Assembly (NCBI GenBank): GCA_038821645.1
Contig: JAWBDT010000004.1
Coordinates: 1-64,000 of the forward strand
DNA from: Ignisphaera sp.
GTDB lineage: Archaea > Thermoproteota > Thermoprotei_A > Sulfolobales > Ignisphaeraceae
Direction of reading: 5' to 3'
DNA: 64,000 bases
The translations under genes and the position numbers were made by a program. This document shows, in pieces, positions 1 to 10,559 of this stretch (position 1 is the first letter of the stretch; each line of letters starts with the position of its first letter). The notes below the pieces were generated by a model. The model did not search any database. It was not told the DNA's origin and saw only the letters and a program-made list of their open reading frames with translations.

Positions 1-798
1 TCTAGGGTCTTTCTAACATCTTCTATGGAGATCTGGTAGGGTCTTACGTCTAGTCTATACCCTCTTGAGGGGACTACCTCCATTATCCAGCCAAATGTTT
101 CTGGGGGAATTCTTCTCCTGTGGTATAGGTACTGTATATAGTGTCTGAATACGTTCCTAAGCCACCCGTTTCTGTGGTTAGCTACGTATTCTACTAGTTC
201 TTCTGATAGTTCTTTCCCCTCTAGGTGTTTCTTGAATAGGTTTCTGTAGTAGCTTATGGTCTCTGGGTCTCTTACCTTTCTACGCTTCTTCCTCTCTGAT
301 AGGAAGTTCTCGAAGTCTTCACTCCACTCAAGCTTTATGCCTGCGAAACTCACTCCAAGCATTTTCCTAATATCTTCTTTAAACTCTTGGACAACGAACC
401 TCAGTAAAGCGTTCTTGATGTACTCATCGCTTCTCGCTATACTCACTATCTCCAGGATTAAGCTGTAGTCTACCGTCCCATCATCCCTCAATATATCGAG
501 CGACCTAAGCCTACTTCCTGCGGACACTAGACTCTCGAACTCGCTTGGTGTGAGTAACCGTAGTAGTGGGGGCTATGTATTTTGGCTTGACTGGAGACTC
601 CCGCCTCAATAACCTCCACAGTGTTACACGGCTAATCCCAACTTCTTCCATCACCTTTCTACTCCCGTACTTCTCTACGAGATAGTATAGAACTCTGTAG
701 CGAGAGTCTTCATCCAGCTTTGAAGCATCTACCTTCCTCCACCACTCAGAACTACTATCACTCAAAGCTATCACACTTGATGTTTCAGCCTGCACCAT
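1..798 (-). mobile_element. HTH-containing integrase-like gene (pNOB8-type tyrosine recombinase), frameshifted at a G5 run (568-572) and running off the window start; edge of a probable integrated element
   Basis: ORF 511-798 carries an HTH-like segment (SRKVMEEVGISRVTLWRLL). A shifted frame continues open to base 1: LLRLLTPSEFESLVSAGSRLRSLDILRDDGTVDYSLILEI...EWSEDFENFLSERKKRRKVRDPETISYYRNLF...WLRNVFRHYIQYLY. It lies directly downstream of a tRNA. The catalytic C-terminus is outside the window. Confidence 0.75.
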
Positions 799-811
799 GA
801 AACTGAAACAT
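780..811. promoter_or_regulatory. 9-bp inverted repeat spanning the integrase start codon (candidate operator)
   Basis: ATGTTTCAG (780-788) and CTGAAACAT (803-811) with a 14-bp spacer; TATA-like TTTATTAA just upstream on the minus strand. Confidence 0.4.
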
Positions 812-856
812 TAGGAAAAGTTAATAAACTTTCTTATTCGAGTGATTGAAAACTGA

Positions 857-932
857 CGGGCCCGAGGGGATTTGAACCCCTGACCACCGGCTCCGCAGGC
901 CGGCGCTCTATTCCTGGCTGAGCTACGGGCCC
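857..932 (-). tRNA. tRNA-Arg(GCG), probable att site
   Basis: GGGCCCGTAGCTCAGCCAGGAATAGAGCGCCGGCCTGCGGAGCCGGTGGTCAGGGGTTCAAATCCCCTCGGGCCCG folds as a cloverleaf; anticodon GCG. Confidence 0.96.
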
Positions 933-1086
933 AGAGAGAGTGGTACTATGTGGAGTACTATTTGTGGGTTTTTGGGTTTATTTGTCTAGATATGTATTGT
1001 TTTTAGATATATTCCTCTAGATTTTATGCGTTAAGTTTTTTATCTCTTCTTTTTGGCTTTTTGGTTTCATAGAAGGTGATGAATAG

Positions 1087-3240
1087 ATGAGTAATATACT
1101 AAGTTTATCACTATACTTAGGTATTGTTGCTGGTTTAGTATCGTTGTTTTATGTTCTTGCACTAGTGTTTGATATAAAGAGGAGGTTGCCTTCAAGAGAT
1201 AGTGAAGAAGAGAGACGGGCTATAGAGATACATGGGTATATCATGAGTGCTGCTAAAGCATATATAGGTGCTCAGTATAGAGTCATTATGGCTGTTGTTG
1301 GAGCAATAACAATTTTGATTGTTGCTGGAGGTTTTGTTGTCAACAATATGTCTGTTGTTCTTACTGGTGCTATGTATCTTGTTGGTGGTATAAGCTCCAT
1401 GGCTGTAAGTGTGATTGGTATGCTTATGGCTGTTGAATCCAATATAAGGGTCTTGAACACACTATCTAGAAAAAGTTTGAGAGAAGCTCTATCTCTAGCA
1501 TTTAGAGGAGGCTCTGTTACAGGTTTTATGGTTGGTGGCATAGGGTTACTACTCATATCAATACTCTTCATATGCCTAAAGACATATGTAGGTGAAGTAG
1601 AAGCAGCTAAAATACTTCTAGGCTATGCCTTTGGAGCAAGTACTGTAGCTCTTTTTGCAAGAGTTGGTGGAGGTATATATACAAAAGCTGCAGATGTAGG
1701 TGCAGACCTTGTTGGCAAGGTTGAGAAGGGTATTCCAGAAGACGATCCAAGAAATCCAGGTGTTATAGCTGATAATGTTGGTGATAATGTTGGTGATTGT
1801 GCTGGTATGGGTGCAGATCTCTTTGAATCATATGTAGAAGCAATAATAGCGCCAATGGTTATAGGCGGTGTACTCAGTAGTATAGTGGGGAATACAGATC
1901 TAATGGCATATCCCCTACTTTTCTCATCTATAGCCCTAATAACATCGCTTATATCGTCTCAATTCATCTCTATATCGCCTATCAAAGAACCTAGCAAAAC
2001 ACTAACACTAGCATCTATTCTAGCTATACTCTTTGCTATACTTATCAACGGTATAGCAACATTTGCAATAAATCCTTCACTAGCAACACTATGGGGTGTA
2101 GGTGTACTAGGGCTTATAGTTGGAGCTATAGTGGGCTTCACATCAGACTACTTCACATCACCTCTATACAGACCTGTTAAAATAGTGGCTGAACATTCGC
2201 AATTCGGTCCTGCTTTAACAATTCTTAGTGGTATGTCTATGGGATTCTATAGCGTGTTTATACCTAGTATAGCAATAGCTTTAGCAGTAATAGCCTCTTA
2301 CACATTAGGAGCATCTATGACAAGAGAACCATTACTCTCCGGTATGTATGCTGCAGCACTAGCTGGTACAGGTATGCTTGCTGTAGCACCGATCATTGTT
2401 GCAGCAGATGCATATGGACCTGTGGTAGATAATGCTGCAGGTTTAGCTGAACAAGCAGGTTATGAAGAATTTGTAAGAGATCTAGCTGATAAACTCGATT
2501 CAGCTGGAAACACCATGAAGTCTATATCTAAAGGCTATGCAATTGGATCAGCAGCTCTAACAGCTCTAGGACTGATATTCAGCTATGTGAGCGTCATAGC
2601 TGATATAAAGAAAGAGAGTATGGAGATTGTCTTGAGCAAGATATTCAACATAGGCAATATAGATTATGGAGTATTCTTCTTAGGAGGCATAATCATAGGT
2701 GTTGTAATGGTTGCATTCTTTGTAGCCATGGTCATTCAAGCTACAACAGCAGCTGCAGGAAAACTAGTCGATGAGATTAGGAGACAGTTTAGAGAGAGAC
2801 CAGGTATACTTGAATGGAAAGAGAGACCAGATTACGAGAAAGCAGTAAGGATAGTTACATTCTATGCCATAAGAAGGCTTATAGCTCCAGGAATACTAGC
2901 ATTAGCAACACCTATACTCATAGGCATGGTGCTTGGCTATGGAACAGGAGACCCGTGGAGAGGAGCAGCAGCAGTCGGAGGCTTACTCATAGGTGCTGTA
3001 GCTTCAGGACTACTGCTAGGACTATTCCAAGGAAATGTAGGTAACACCTGGGATAATGCTAAAAAGTACATAGAGATGGGCAACCTAGGAGGAAAGGGTT
3101 CTGATACCCACAAAGCTGCAGTTGTTGGAGATACTGTGGGAGATCCATTAAAAGATGCATCAGGACCAGCTATAAACATAATGATAAAGGTAATGGCTGT
3201 AGCAGCCTCAGTCCTAATACCCTATCTACTCTTCCTATAG
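1087..3240 (+). CDS. hppA: Membrane-bound H+-translocating pyrophosphatase, probably K+-independent
   Basis: Motifs GGGIYTKAADVGADLVGKVE, EDDPRN, DNVGDNVGD, GNTWDNAKK, GDTVGDPLKD; GNTMKS has Lys at the K+-dependence determinant. Confidence 0.97.
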   Translation: MSNILSLSLYLGIVAGLVSLFYVLALVFDIKRRLPSRDSEEERRAIEIHGYIMSAAKAYIGAQYRVIMAVVGAITILIVAGGFVVNNMSVVLTGAMYLVGGISSMAVSVIGMLMAVESNIRVLNTLSRKSLREALSLAFRGGSVTGFMVGGIGLLLISILFICLKTYVGEVEAAKILLGYAFGASTVALFARVGGGIYTKAADVGADLVGKVEKGIPEDDPRNPGVIADNVGDNVGDCAGMGADLFESYVEAIIAPMVIGGVLSSIVGNTDLMAYPLLFSSIALITSLISSQFISISPIKEPSKTLTLASILAILFAILINGIATFAINPSLATLWGVGVLGLIVGAIVGFTSDYFTSPLYRPVKIVAEHSQFGPALTILSGMSMGFYSVFIPSIAIALAVIASYTLGASMTREPLLSGMYAAALAGTGMLAVAPIIVAADAYGPVVDNAAGLAEQAGYEEFVRDLADKLDSAGNTMKSISKGYAIGSAALTALGLIFSYVSVIADIKKESMEIVLSKIFNIGNIDYGVFFLGGIIIGVVMVAFFVAMVIQATTAAAGKLVDEIRRQFRERPGILEWKERPDYEKAVRIVTFYAIRRLIAPGILALATPILIGMVLGYGTGDPWRGAAAVGGLLIGAVASGLLLGLFQGNVGNTWDNAKKYIEMGNLGGKGSDTHKAAVVGDTVGDPLKDASGPAINIMIKVMAVAASVLIPYLLFL

Positions 3241-3357
3241 AATCTCTCCATCAATTATTTTTTCTTTATCATCTTTTTAACCATAATTCTCTAGATGTAG
3301 ATAATAAGATTCAGACATTTATTACCATTATTTAAACCATCAAATCAAGTAATTGTT

Positions 3358-3433
3358 TGGTGGACCGGCCGGGATTTGAACCCGGGACCCCTCGGGTGCG
3401 AACCGAGTGCTCTTCCAGCTGAGCTACCGGCCC
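3358..3433 (-). tRNA. tRNA-Ala(CGC), CCA encoded
   Basis: GGGCCGGTAGCTCAGCTGGAAGAGCACTCGGTTCGCACCCGAGGGGTCCCGGGTTCAAATCCCGGCCGGTCCACCA; G3:U70 pair. Confidence 0.96.
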
Positions 3434-3557
3434 AACTAGATGCTCAGTCAACACTACATGTAGTAACTTAGGTGGGTTTTTAAGTGTTCTCAACTTTTTA
3501 ATTGATTTTACGTATTATATCTGTAGCTTAGACTATATATATCTAGGGTACTGAAAG

Positions 3558-4781
3558 TTGGTAGCAGTTAATAAAGGTCTTGATGTGCTTGATAATATAT
3601 TTACCCAAACACTGAAGTCAAAGATATTTACCAATAGAGATGTTCTTAGACCTGATTACATACCTAATGAACTTCCACATAGAGAAGAGCAGATGGCTAA
3701 ACTAGGTTCTATACTTGCTCCTGCTTTGAGAGGATCTAAACCTAACAATATATTCATTTATGGATTAACTGGTACAGGTAAAACTGCTGTCACAAAATAT
3801 GTTCTAAAGAGACTCCATGGAAAGGCACTAGATGTTGGTGTAGATATCCTTCCATGCTATATCAATACTAGACAAGAAGATACAACGTATAGGGTTATAC
3901 TTAGGTTAAGCGAATGTGTAGGTCTTAAACTACCCTTCACAGGTATATCTACAGCTGAAGCCTATAGGAGATTCGTAAAGGTTATAGATGCCAGGAACAC
4001 TATAATGATAGCTGTTCTAGATGAAATAGACTTTCTAATCAAGAAGCATGGAGATGAGCTTCTCTATAGACTCACTAGAAGTAGTGATGATCTTAAACAG
4101 TCAAAGATATCGTTAATAGGTATAACGAATGATCTCAAACTAGTTGAGGATCTAGATCCACGTGTAAGAAGTAGTCTAGGTGAGATAGAGATGGTTTTTC
4201 CACCCTATAATGCTGTACAGCTAGAAGATATTCTTAGACAAAGAGCACGAATCGCGTTTAATCCAGAAGCTATAAGTGATGACGTTATAAGCCTTTGTGC
4301 AGCTTTAGCAGCTAGAGAACATGGAGATGCTAGAAGAGCTCTTGATCTACTTAGGGTTGCTGGCGAGATAGCTGAAAGAGAGAACAGCTCTAAAGTAGCG
4401 ATAGACCATGTCTATAAAGCCTTGAGGGAGATTGAGAGAGACAGGGCACATGAGCTAATATCCTCTATGCCTCTCCACAGTAAACTAGTACTCTTCTCTA
4501 TATATAGTTTAACTAAAGATGGTGGAAAAGTGACTACAGGTGATGTTTATGCACACTACAGATCTCTGTGTATGCGTCTCGGTATAGAGAGTGTTACTCA
4601 GAGAAGAGTTAGCGATATAATTAGTGAACTAGATATGGTTGGATTAATTACAGCTCACGTTATTAGTAGAGGTCGCTATGGGAAAACAAGAGTTTTATCT
4701 CTAGCTATACCTCCTGAAGTTATTGTAGAGGCACTTAAAGAGGATCCATATATTGTCCACATGTTATCTAGGGATAGATGA
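3558..4781 (+). CDS. cdc6: Orc1/Cdc6 replication initiator
   Basis: [12 protein letters not shown], Walker [26 protein letters not shown]-terminal winged helix SRGRYGKT. Confidence 0.96.
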   Translation: MVAVNKGLDVLDNIFTQTLKSKIFTNRDVLRPDYIPNELPHREEQMAKLGSILAPALRGSKPNNIFIYGLTGTGKTAVTKYVLKRLHGKALDVGVDILPCYINTRQEDTTYRVILRLSECVGLKLPFTGISTAEAYRRFVKVIDARNTIMIAVLDEIDFLIKKHGDELLYRLTRSSDDLKQSKISLIGITNDLKLVEDLDPRVRSSLGEIEMVFPPYNAVQLEDILRQRARIAFNPEAISDDVISLCAALAAREHGDARRALDLLRVAGEIAERENSSKVAIDHVYKALREIERDRAHELISSMPLHSKLVLFSIYSLTKDGGKVTTGDVYAHYRSLCMRLGIESVTQRRVSDIISELDMVGLITAHVISRGRYGKTRVLSLAIPPEVIVEALKEDPYIVHMLSRDR

Positions 4782-5352
4782 TGGTTATTTTGATGTAGCT
4801 TACAAAAGGATTAAGCTTAAGCATAAAACAGTTCTTGTAGGAGCTGTAGTGTGTTTTGATAGATTCAAGGACCTGTATATAGAGCTTGTTACAGTTGATG
4901 GTCTTGATGCTCTTGGATCGGCTTTCACCATCCTCGAAAAATCCTTATCTTTATATAATATCGATGCTGTATTTCTAGATGGTGTTACATACGCAGGTTT
5001 CAATATAGTTGATCCCAGAAAACTCTATGCCTTAGGAGATACACCTATTATTACTGTATTTAGACATAGGCTAGATCTATCCAAGATATATCTAGCTCTC
5101 GAGAAACACTTCAGAGACTATAGATACAGATACGAAGTCATTGAAAACATCTATAGTAAAAGTATTGAGTTAGAGCTTAAGCATATACCTACAACTATAA
5201 GGATACATGTTCTAGGTATGGATATAGTTAGAGCTAAAAGAGTTGTGATAGAACAATGTAAAGTATTTGCTGATCCCTATCCCCTAAGAATTGCCGATAG
5301 AGTTGCCTCACTTGCTGGAAGACTAATCAGTAGATCTCTAGACCTCTTCTAA
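4753..5352 (+). CDS. DUF99/UPF0215 endonuclease V-like protein (endonuclease dU family)
   Basis: [35 protein letters not shown] motifs. Confidence 0.8.
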   Translation: MSTCYLGIDDGYFDVAYKRIKLKHKTVLVGAVVCFDRFKDLYIELVTVDGLDALGSAFTILEKSLSLYNIDAVFLDGVTYAGFNIVDPRKLYALGDTPIITVFRHRLDLSKIYLALEKHFRDYRYRYEVIENIYSKSIELELKHIPTTIRIHVLGMDIVRAKRVVIEQCKVFADPYPLRIADRVASLAGRLISRSLDLF

Positions 5353-6590
5353 GCGCTCTCCAGATACTTTTTCTGTTCATCGGTTAGCTCATCTATATCT
5401 ATATTCATAGATTTAAGCTTTAATCTAGCTACAAGAGAATCTATTTCATAAGGAACATTAAGGACCTTTTTATCAAGCTTATTTCTATTCTCGACAATAT
5501 ATTTGACTGAGAGAGCCTGATTTGCAAAACTCATATCCATAACCTCGCTAGGATGACCTTCAGCACATACCAGATTAACCAATCGACCTTTACCAAGTAG
5601 ATACAGCTTCTTGCCATTAGGTAGCATATACTCTGTTACACATTCCCTAATTTCTCTCCTTTCTACAGCTAACTTCTCTAGACTCTTGACATCTACTTCA
5701 ACATCGAAATGACCTGCATTAGCTAAAATCACTCCATCCTTCATATCCATGAAGTGCTCCTCGGTAATCACTTTAATGTTGCCTGTTGCAGTAATAAATA
5801 CATCACCTATTCTAGCGGCTTCACTCATCCTCATAACCTCGAATCCATCCATAACAGCTTCTAGAGCTTTTATTGGATCTACTTCTGTAACGATAACTCT
5901 TGCACCCATTCCTCGTAGCCTCAAAGCTATACCTCTACCTACCCAACCATAGCCTGCAACTACAATGATCTTTCCTGAGAGAAGAATATTTGTAGCTCTC
6001 AATAATCCATCTATTGTGCTTTGTCCAGTACCATACCTATTGTCGAAGAGATACTTTGTATATGCATTATTTACAGCTATAACAGGATAGAGTAAAGCAT
6101 TTTGTTTTTCCATAGCCTTTAGCCTAGTTACACCAGTTGTTGTTTCTTCTGTTCCGCCCAGTACTTTTCTAGCCGTATCTGGTCTAGATCTATGTATATA
6201 GACATGTAGATCAGCTCCATCATCTATAACTATATCTGGCTCTATCTTCGAGATTGTATCTATAGCCCAGAAATACTCATCTTCTGTTTCACCTCTCCAA
6301 GCAAATACATGGATACCTTCTTCAACAAGTGCAGCTGCAACATCATCTTGTGTAGATAGAGGATTACTAGCAGCAAGCCATACTTCAGCACCTCCACTTT
6401 TTAGTGTTTCTACAAGAATAGCTGTCTCTTTAGTTACATGAAGTACTGCAGATATCTTAATGCCTTTAAGTGGTTTCTCTTCCTCAAACATTTTCCTGAC
6501 CAGATTCATTACAGGCATATGCTGTTTTGCCCATTCGATCTGGAGTTTCCCTTTTGGCGCAAGATTTAGATCCTTAACTCTATACTCCAT
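5349..6590 (-). CDS. ahcY: S-adenosylhomocysteine hydrolase
   Basis: [43 protein letters not shown]. Confidence 0.97.
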   Translation of the reverse strand: MEYRVKDLNLAPKGKLQIEWAKQHMPVMNLVRKMFEEEKPLKGIKISAVLHVTKETAILVETLKSGGAEVWLAASNPLSTQDDVAAALVEEGIHVFAWRGETEDEYFWAIDTISKIEPDIVIDDGADLHVYIHRSRPDTARKVLGGTEETTTGVTRLKAMEKQNALLYPVIAVNNAYTKYLFDNRYGTGQSTIDGLLRATNILLSGKIIVVAGYGWVGRGIALRLRGMGARVIVTEVDPIKALEAVMDGFEVMRMSEAARIGDVFITATGNIKVITEEHFMDMKDGVILANAGHFDVEVDVKSLEKLAVERREIRECVTEYMLPNGKKLYLLGKGRLVNLVCAEGHPSEVMDMSFANQALSVKYIVENRNKLDKKVLNVPYEIDSLVARLKLKSMNIDIDELTDEQKKYLESA

Positions 6591-6678
6591 AAAGTATCAC
6601 AAAAGTGTTAGATATCTTACAGCTTAAAACTTGTTAACAGTACCTGGTTAGAAGCTTGTATCAGAAGGTGTAGAATCC

Positions 6679-7248
6679 TTGAAAAAAGTAGTGGTTTTTG
6701 TAACAGGACTTCCAGGTTCTGGTAAAAGTGTTTTTACTGATGTAGCTATATCTAGAGGAATTCCTGTGGTAGTGCTTGGAGATATTGTTAGAGAAGAAGT
6801 TTCTAGAAGAGGTCTTGAACCATCGCTTGAGAATCTGATTAAGATAGCACAAGAACTAAGAGAGAGACTTGGTCCAGAAGCCATAGCTATGCTATCTGTA
6901 GAAAAACTCTTGAAGATACTTGATATGAGTTGTCTAGTTGTTATAGATGGTGTTAGAAGCTTAAAAGAGGTAGAATACATAAAGATGAAGACAGATGCTG
7001 AAGCCATTATTGTAGCTATACATGCCTCACCTAAAACTAGGTTCAATAGACTTAAGATGAGGTCTAGATCTGATGATCCTAGAGAGTGGAGCGAGTTTAT
7101 CGAGAGAGATATGAGGGAGCTTTCGTGGGGTTTAGGTAACGTGATAGCGTTAGCTGATGTGGTTATAGTTAATGAAGGATCTCTAGACGAATTCAAGGCT
7201 ATGGTTAAAGAATTTCTGGATAAGGTGGTTAGAGAGTGGTGTACATAA
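6679..7248 (+). CDS. UPF0200 P-loop nucleotide kinase (dephospho-CoA kinase-like)
   Basis: GLPGSGKS, GDIVREE, IDGVRS, ERDMRELSWG. Confidence 0.8.
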   Translation: MKKVVVFVTGLPGSGKSVFTDVAISRGIPVVVLGDIVREEVSRRGLEPSLENLIKIAQELRERLGPEAIAMLSVEKLLKILDMSCLVVIDGVRSLKEVEYIKMKTDAEAIIVAIHASPKTRFNRLKMRSRSDDPREWSEFIERDMRELSWGLGNVIALADVVIVNEGSLDEFKAMVKEFLDKVVREWCT

Positions 7249-7676
7249 GGATCGAAACAGAGATAAGACCTACAGAAGATGTGCACAAGGTTATGAAAGC
7301 TGTAGCGAATTTGGTGTATATAGATAAACCTAAAATCGAGGAACTCGGTAGAGGATACAAGATACTCATAGTTGAGTCAACAGATCTTTCTGTACTACAG
7401 CCTCTACACGATATACTGAGAAGACAGAGGATACTGGATACAGCTCGAAGCTATATGTATAGACATAAACGTGGCGAAGTAGTGACCATTATGGTGAATA
7501 AACAGGTAGCGTATCAAGGACGGATCAGTCTTGTCGAAAACCCAAGCGAGAGTCCTCTTGGAGCTATAACGATCACCATATCGAGTCCACAGATAGATAA
7601 AGTAATAGATTGGTTGGCACCTAAAACAGCTCACGGGAGACCTCTTTGGGAAATAGAGATGCCAAGAGATGTCTAG
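7236..7676 (+). CDS. UPF0201/DUF54 RNA-binding protein
   Basis: EIRPTED, RQRILDTAR, NKQVAYQG, ESPLGAI; typical partner of UPF0200. Confidence 0.85.
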   Translation: MVYIRIETEIRPTEDVHKVMKAVANLVYIDKPKIEELGRGYKILIVESTDLSVLQPLHDILRRQRILDTARSYMYRHKRGEVVTIMVNKQVAYQGRISLVENPSESPLGAITITISSPQIDKVIDWLAPKTAHGRPLWEIEMPRDV

Positions 7677-8536
7677 TGTTGATCAAGATCGAGAATATCT
7701 AGAGGAATCTTGGCAAGATCTTCAGCAATGTGTATCTCTCCAGAGAATACCCTACGTGCTCGTGAAATAAAGTCGCTGAAGTCAGCTCTATCGTATCTAG
7801 CACTAAAATGGGTTAACACAAGGATATATGCATTAACTTCTGTAGCTAGTAATGATGCTTCGTATACTGTTGCATGACCACTTTCATACGCTTTAGAGGA
7901 ATCTTTTGGGTAGTCTAGAAATGTAGCTTCATGTATAATTATCACTGGTTTCAGCTTTCTCAATTCATCTAAGCACAGATCTCTACATACACCATCACCG
8001 GAATAGAAAATACCTATGTTTCTCTTCTTAAGATTGACCTCTATATAGAATCCATAAGCGTTTTCTAGTTCTCCATGTCTAACAGGTAGTGGTAGAATAT
8101 TAACATCACCACTTGGCGTAGATACATATTCCTTCTTCTGGAAGAGTTGATTCGAATCAATGCAAGAGATACTTAGGGCATCTCCATACCTGATGCCGAA
8201 TAGATCTAATGAACTGTTTAGATATTTACATAAATCTTGTGGAGACACTATCGTTAAAACAAATTTCTCGTAAAATTTTTGCGACTCTAGTTTCATCTTT
8301 AGACTCTCTATGAATGGTAGAAGACCGTGTACATGATCTCCATGTGAATGGGATATCGCGATAAGCTTGACGTGTCTATGATCTATACCAGCTTCATTTA
8401 TCCTTATCTGCATACCTTCACCTGAATCAACTACTATACAGTCTTTAGATCCACATATAGCTACACCTTGCGTAAATCTATTCTTTTGAGGAATAGAAGC
8501 TGATGTTCCTAGAAATATGATGCAGTTCTTAGTCAA
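7673..8536 (-). CDS. rnz: Ribonuclease Z (metallo-beta-lactamase fold)
   Basis: FLGTSASIP, DSGEG, SHSHGDHVHG, HEATF, LTHFSARY. Confidence 0.88.
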   Translation of the reverse strand: MTKNCIIFLGTSASIPQKNRFTQGVAICGSKDCIVVDSGEGMQIRINEAGIDHRHVKLIAISHSHGDHVHGLLPFIESLKMKLESQKFYEKFVLTIVSPQDLCKYLNSSLDLFGIRYGDALSISCIDSNQLFQKKEYVSTPSGDVNILPLPVRHGELENAYGFYIEVNLKKRNIGIFYSGDGVCRDLCLDELRKLKPVIIIHEATFLDYPKDSSKAYESGHATVYEASLLATEVNAYILVLTHFSARYDRADFSDFISRARRVFSGEIHIAEDLAKIPLDILDLDQH

Positions 8537-9567
8537 ATCTTCTTCACCACATATATAGCTCTAGTTAGTGATCCGTGAACCATATCTAGATGTTTCTCAA
8601 TTATCTTGAACCCAGATTCAGATAGAGCGTTCTCTATCGATCTACCTATATGTATAGGTGTAGCGAAAACCATATACCTTCCGTTTCTAAGTACATTTGA
8701 TGCCTCATCTATAAATGATATCAGTAAATCTGTAAGTGATTTTGCTCCTCGTGGAGCACTCTGGATATTGTATGGAGGATCTGTAGCAATTCCATCAACT
8801 CTAAGATTGGCTATAGCCTCGAGAGCAGCATCCATTTGAATCACATCAACTGATTCACAACATCCGTACCTAGCTATATTTACTTGTGCTCCTCTAACCA
8901 TATGTTCATCTATATCACTACATATAGCCTCTAGACCCATTAAACAAGCTTCTATAGCAAAACCACCTACACCACAGAAAGGATCTAGAACAGTTTCTCT
9001 ACGCAGTATGCTGACTCTAGATAAATTTACAAATGTCTTCGCAAGTAAGGGCTTCATTGTTCCTGGTCTATAGCATGGTCGATGCTGCGGCTCTCTATCT
9101 ATATACATCTTCTGTCTCCTTCTATATATCAGCCAGTAGATGAAAGCTACATTAGCTACTAGCGATAGTTTTAATACTCTAAAACCTTCATCGATTTTTC
9201 TACGTGTACATATATTCTTAGGAGGTACAATCTTTATCAATTCTTCAGCAATATTTTTACCAAATCCTCTAACAGAATCTATAGCTATACATATCTCATC
9301 TCTATCTATGGAGTCCTTCATTAACTTAATCAATAGATCCTTATCATCGTACTCCACAATATCTACGAGTTTGCCTAGCTCTATAATTAGAGCAGCTCTC
9401 TTGAGAAGAACATCGATACCTATGGTGCTAGATCTAAAGAGTACGAATTCATCTAGTTTGAACTCTACTTTGTGTTCTATACCTTCGGCAATCATTATCG
9501 AGTTAAACTCTGAGTAAGCAAGAGAAAAGTTTTCATGTGAAAGTCTAGCGATATACACTCTAGCCAC
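8533..9567 (-). CDS. tRNA (guanine10-N2)-methyltransferase, Trm11/TrmG10 family
   Basis: VLDPFCGVGG, ATDPPY, MVHGSLTR. Confidence 0.82.
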   Translation of the reverse strand: MARVYIARLSHENFSLAYSEFNSIMIAEGIEHKVEFKLDEFVLFRSSTIGIDVLLKRAALIIELGKLVDIVEYDDKDLLIKLMKDSIDRDEICIAIDSVRGFGKNIAEELIKIVPPKNICTRRKIDEGFRVLKLSLVANVAFIYWLIYRRRQKMYIDREPQHRPCYRPGTMKPLLAKTFVNLSRVSILRRETVLDPFCGVGGFAIEACLMGLEAICSDIDEHMVRGAQVNIARYGCCESVDVIQMDAALEAIANLRVDGIATDPPYNIQSAPRGAKSLTDLLISFIDEASNVLRNGRYMVFATPIHIGRSIENALSESGFKIIEKHLDMVHGSLTRAIYVVKKI

Positions 9568-10444
9568 TTTTTAATGCTCTACATATTATGGGTGTAATAT
9601 CTATTACCTTAATCCAGCTTGGTAGATCGATGGATAACTCAATTGTGTTAGCTATAACCAAGCTCTTTAAACCAGCTTTAGAAAGTATATCTATTGTTTC
9701 TCTTGATATAAACGCATGTGATACAACAGCATAGACATTACTAGCGCCAGCTCTATATAGAGCTTCGGTAGCTTTCGCTAAAGTCTTACCTGTACTGATA
9801 ATATCATCAACTATTGCTATATCTCTACCAGCAACATCTAGAGTTTTGGTGTCTATGGTTATCTCACCTGTTATTCTATCTCTATACTTATCTAAATAAT
9901 CATATTCAACACCTAGTTGTTTAGCTACATCTAGAGCTCTGTGAAAAGCACCTTTATCTGGTGCTAAAACCATGTCTATCTCCATATTGGATCTAGAGAT
10001 CATGTAGCTATGCGGAAGTAAATCGATATGTGTATACCCCATATCATTGAAAGGTCTAGACGAATGTACATCAACAGTAACTATTCTTGTAACTCCAAAA
10101 ATTTTCAATGCATTATAGAGAGCCTTAGTGCTTATAGGTTCTCCAAAAAGAAATCTCTTATCCTGTCTAGTATACGCTGCATAAGGTAGTACAACAGTAT
10201 CAACATGTGTATCTAGACCTTGAAGAGCTTCTAACGCAAGATACAGTTCTACTATCTTCCTATCTTGTTCAGGATAAAGAGATTGAGCAACTACAACACT
10301 ATTGCTAGCACCTCTAAATTCAATCCTTAAATACTGTTCACCATCAGGAAAAATCTTTCTCTGAGGTACATAGACAGTATACCCACACTCACTTTCAAGA
10401 CTCTTAACCATAGACTTAGGTACACCACTTAGACATACAATCAA
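9560..10444 (-). CDS. prs: Ribose-phosphate pyrophosphokinase
   Basis: FPDGE, YTRQDKRF, APDKGA, IVDDIISTGKT. Confidence 0.93.
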   Translation of the reverse strand: MIVCLSGVPKSMVKSLESECGYTVYVPQRKIFPDGEQYLRIEFRGASNSVVVAQSLYPEQDRKIVELYLALEALQGLDTHVDTVVLPYAAYTRQDKRFLFGEPISTKALYNALKIFGVTRIVTVDVHSSRPFNDMGYTHIDLLPHSYMISRSNMEIDMVLAPDKGAFHRALDVAKQLGVEYDYLDKYRDRITGEITIDTKTLDVAGRDIAIVDDIISTGKTLAKATEALYRAGASNVYAVVSHAFISRETIDILSKAGLKSLVIANTIELSIDLPSWIKVIDITPIICRALKSG

Positions 10445-10559
10445 TATGTTCTCACCTTGAATTTAACTAGTTTTATTCTTCAAACTCTAAAAACCTTTAT
10501 ATCTACCAATATATGTGCAGTAGAATAGCTGATTATTATTTAGAAAGGGACTTCACTAG

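Noticed and set aside
256-468. 70-aa plus-strand ORF
   Set aside because: Antisense shadow of the integrase-like frame
3241-3557. Replication origin next to cdc6
   Set aside because: AT-rich, but I found no repeated ORB or mini-ORB motif; the interval is explained by tRNA-Ala, promoters and T-rich terminators
6648-7286. 212-aa minus-strand ORF and the many similar Ser/Ile-rich antisense ORFs in the track
   Set aside because: Antisense to motif-supported genes, with the composition typical of shadow frames
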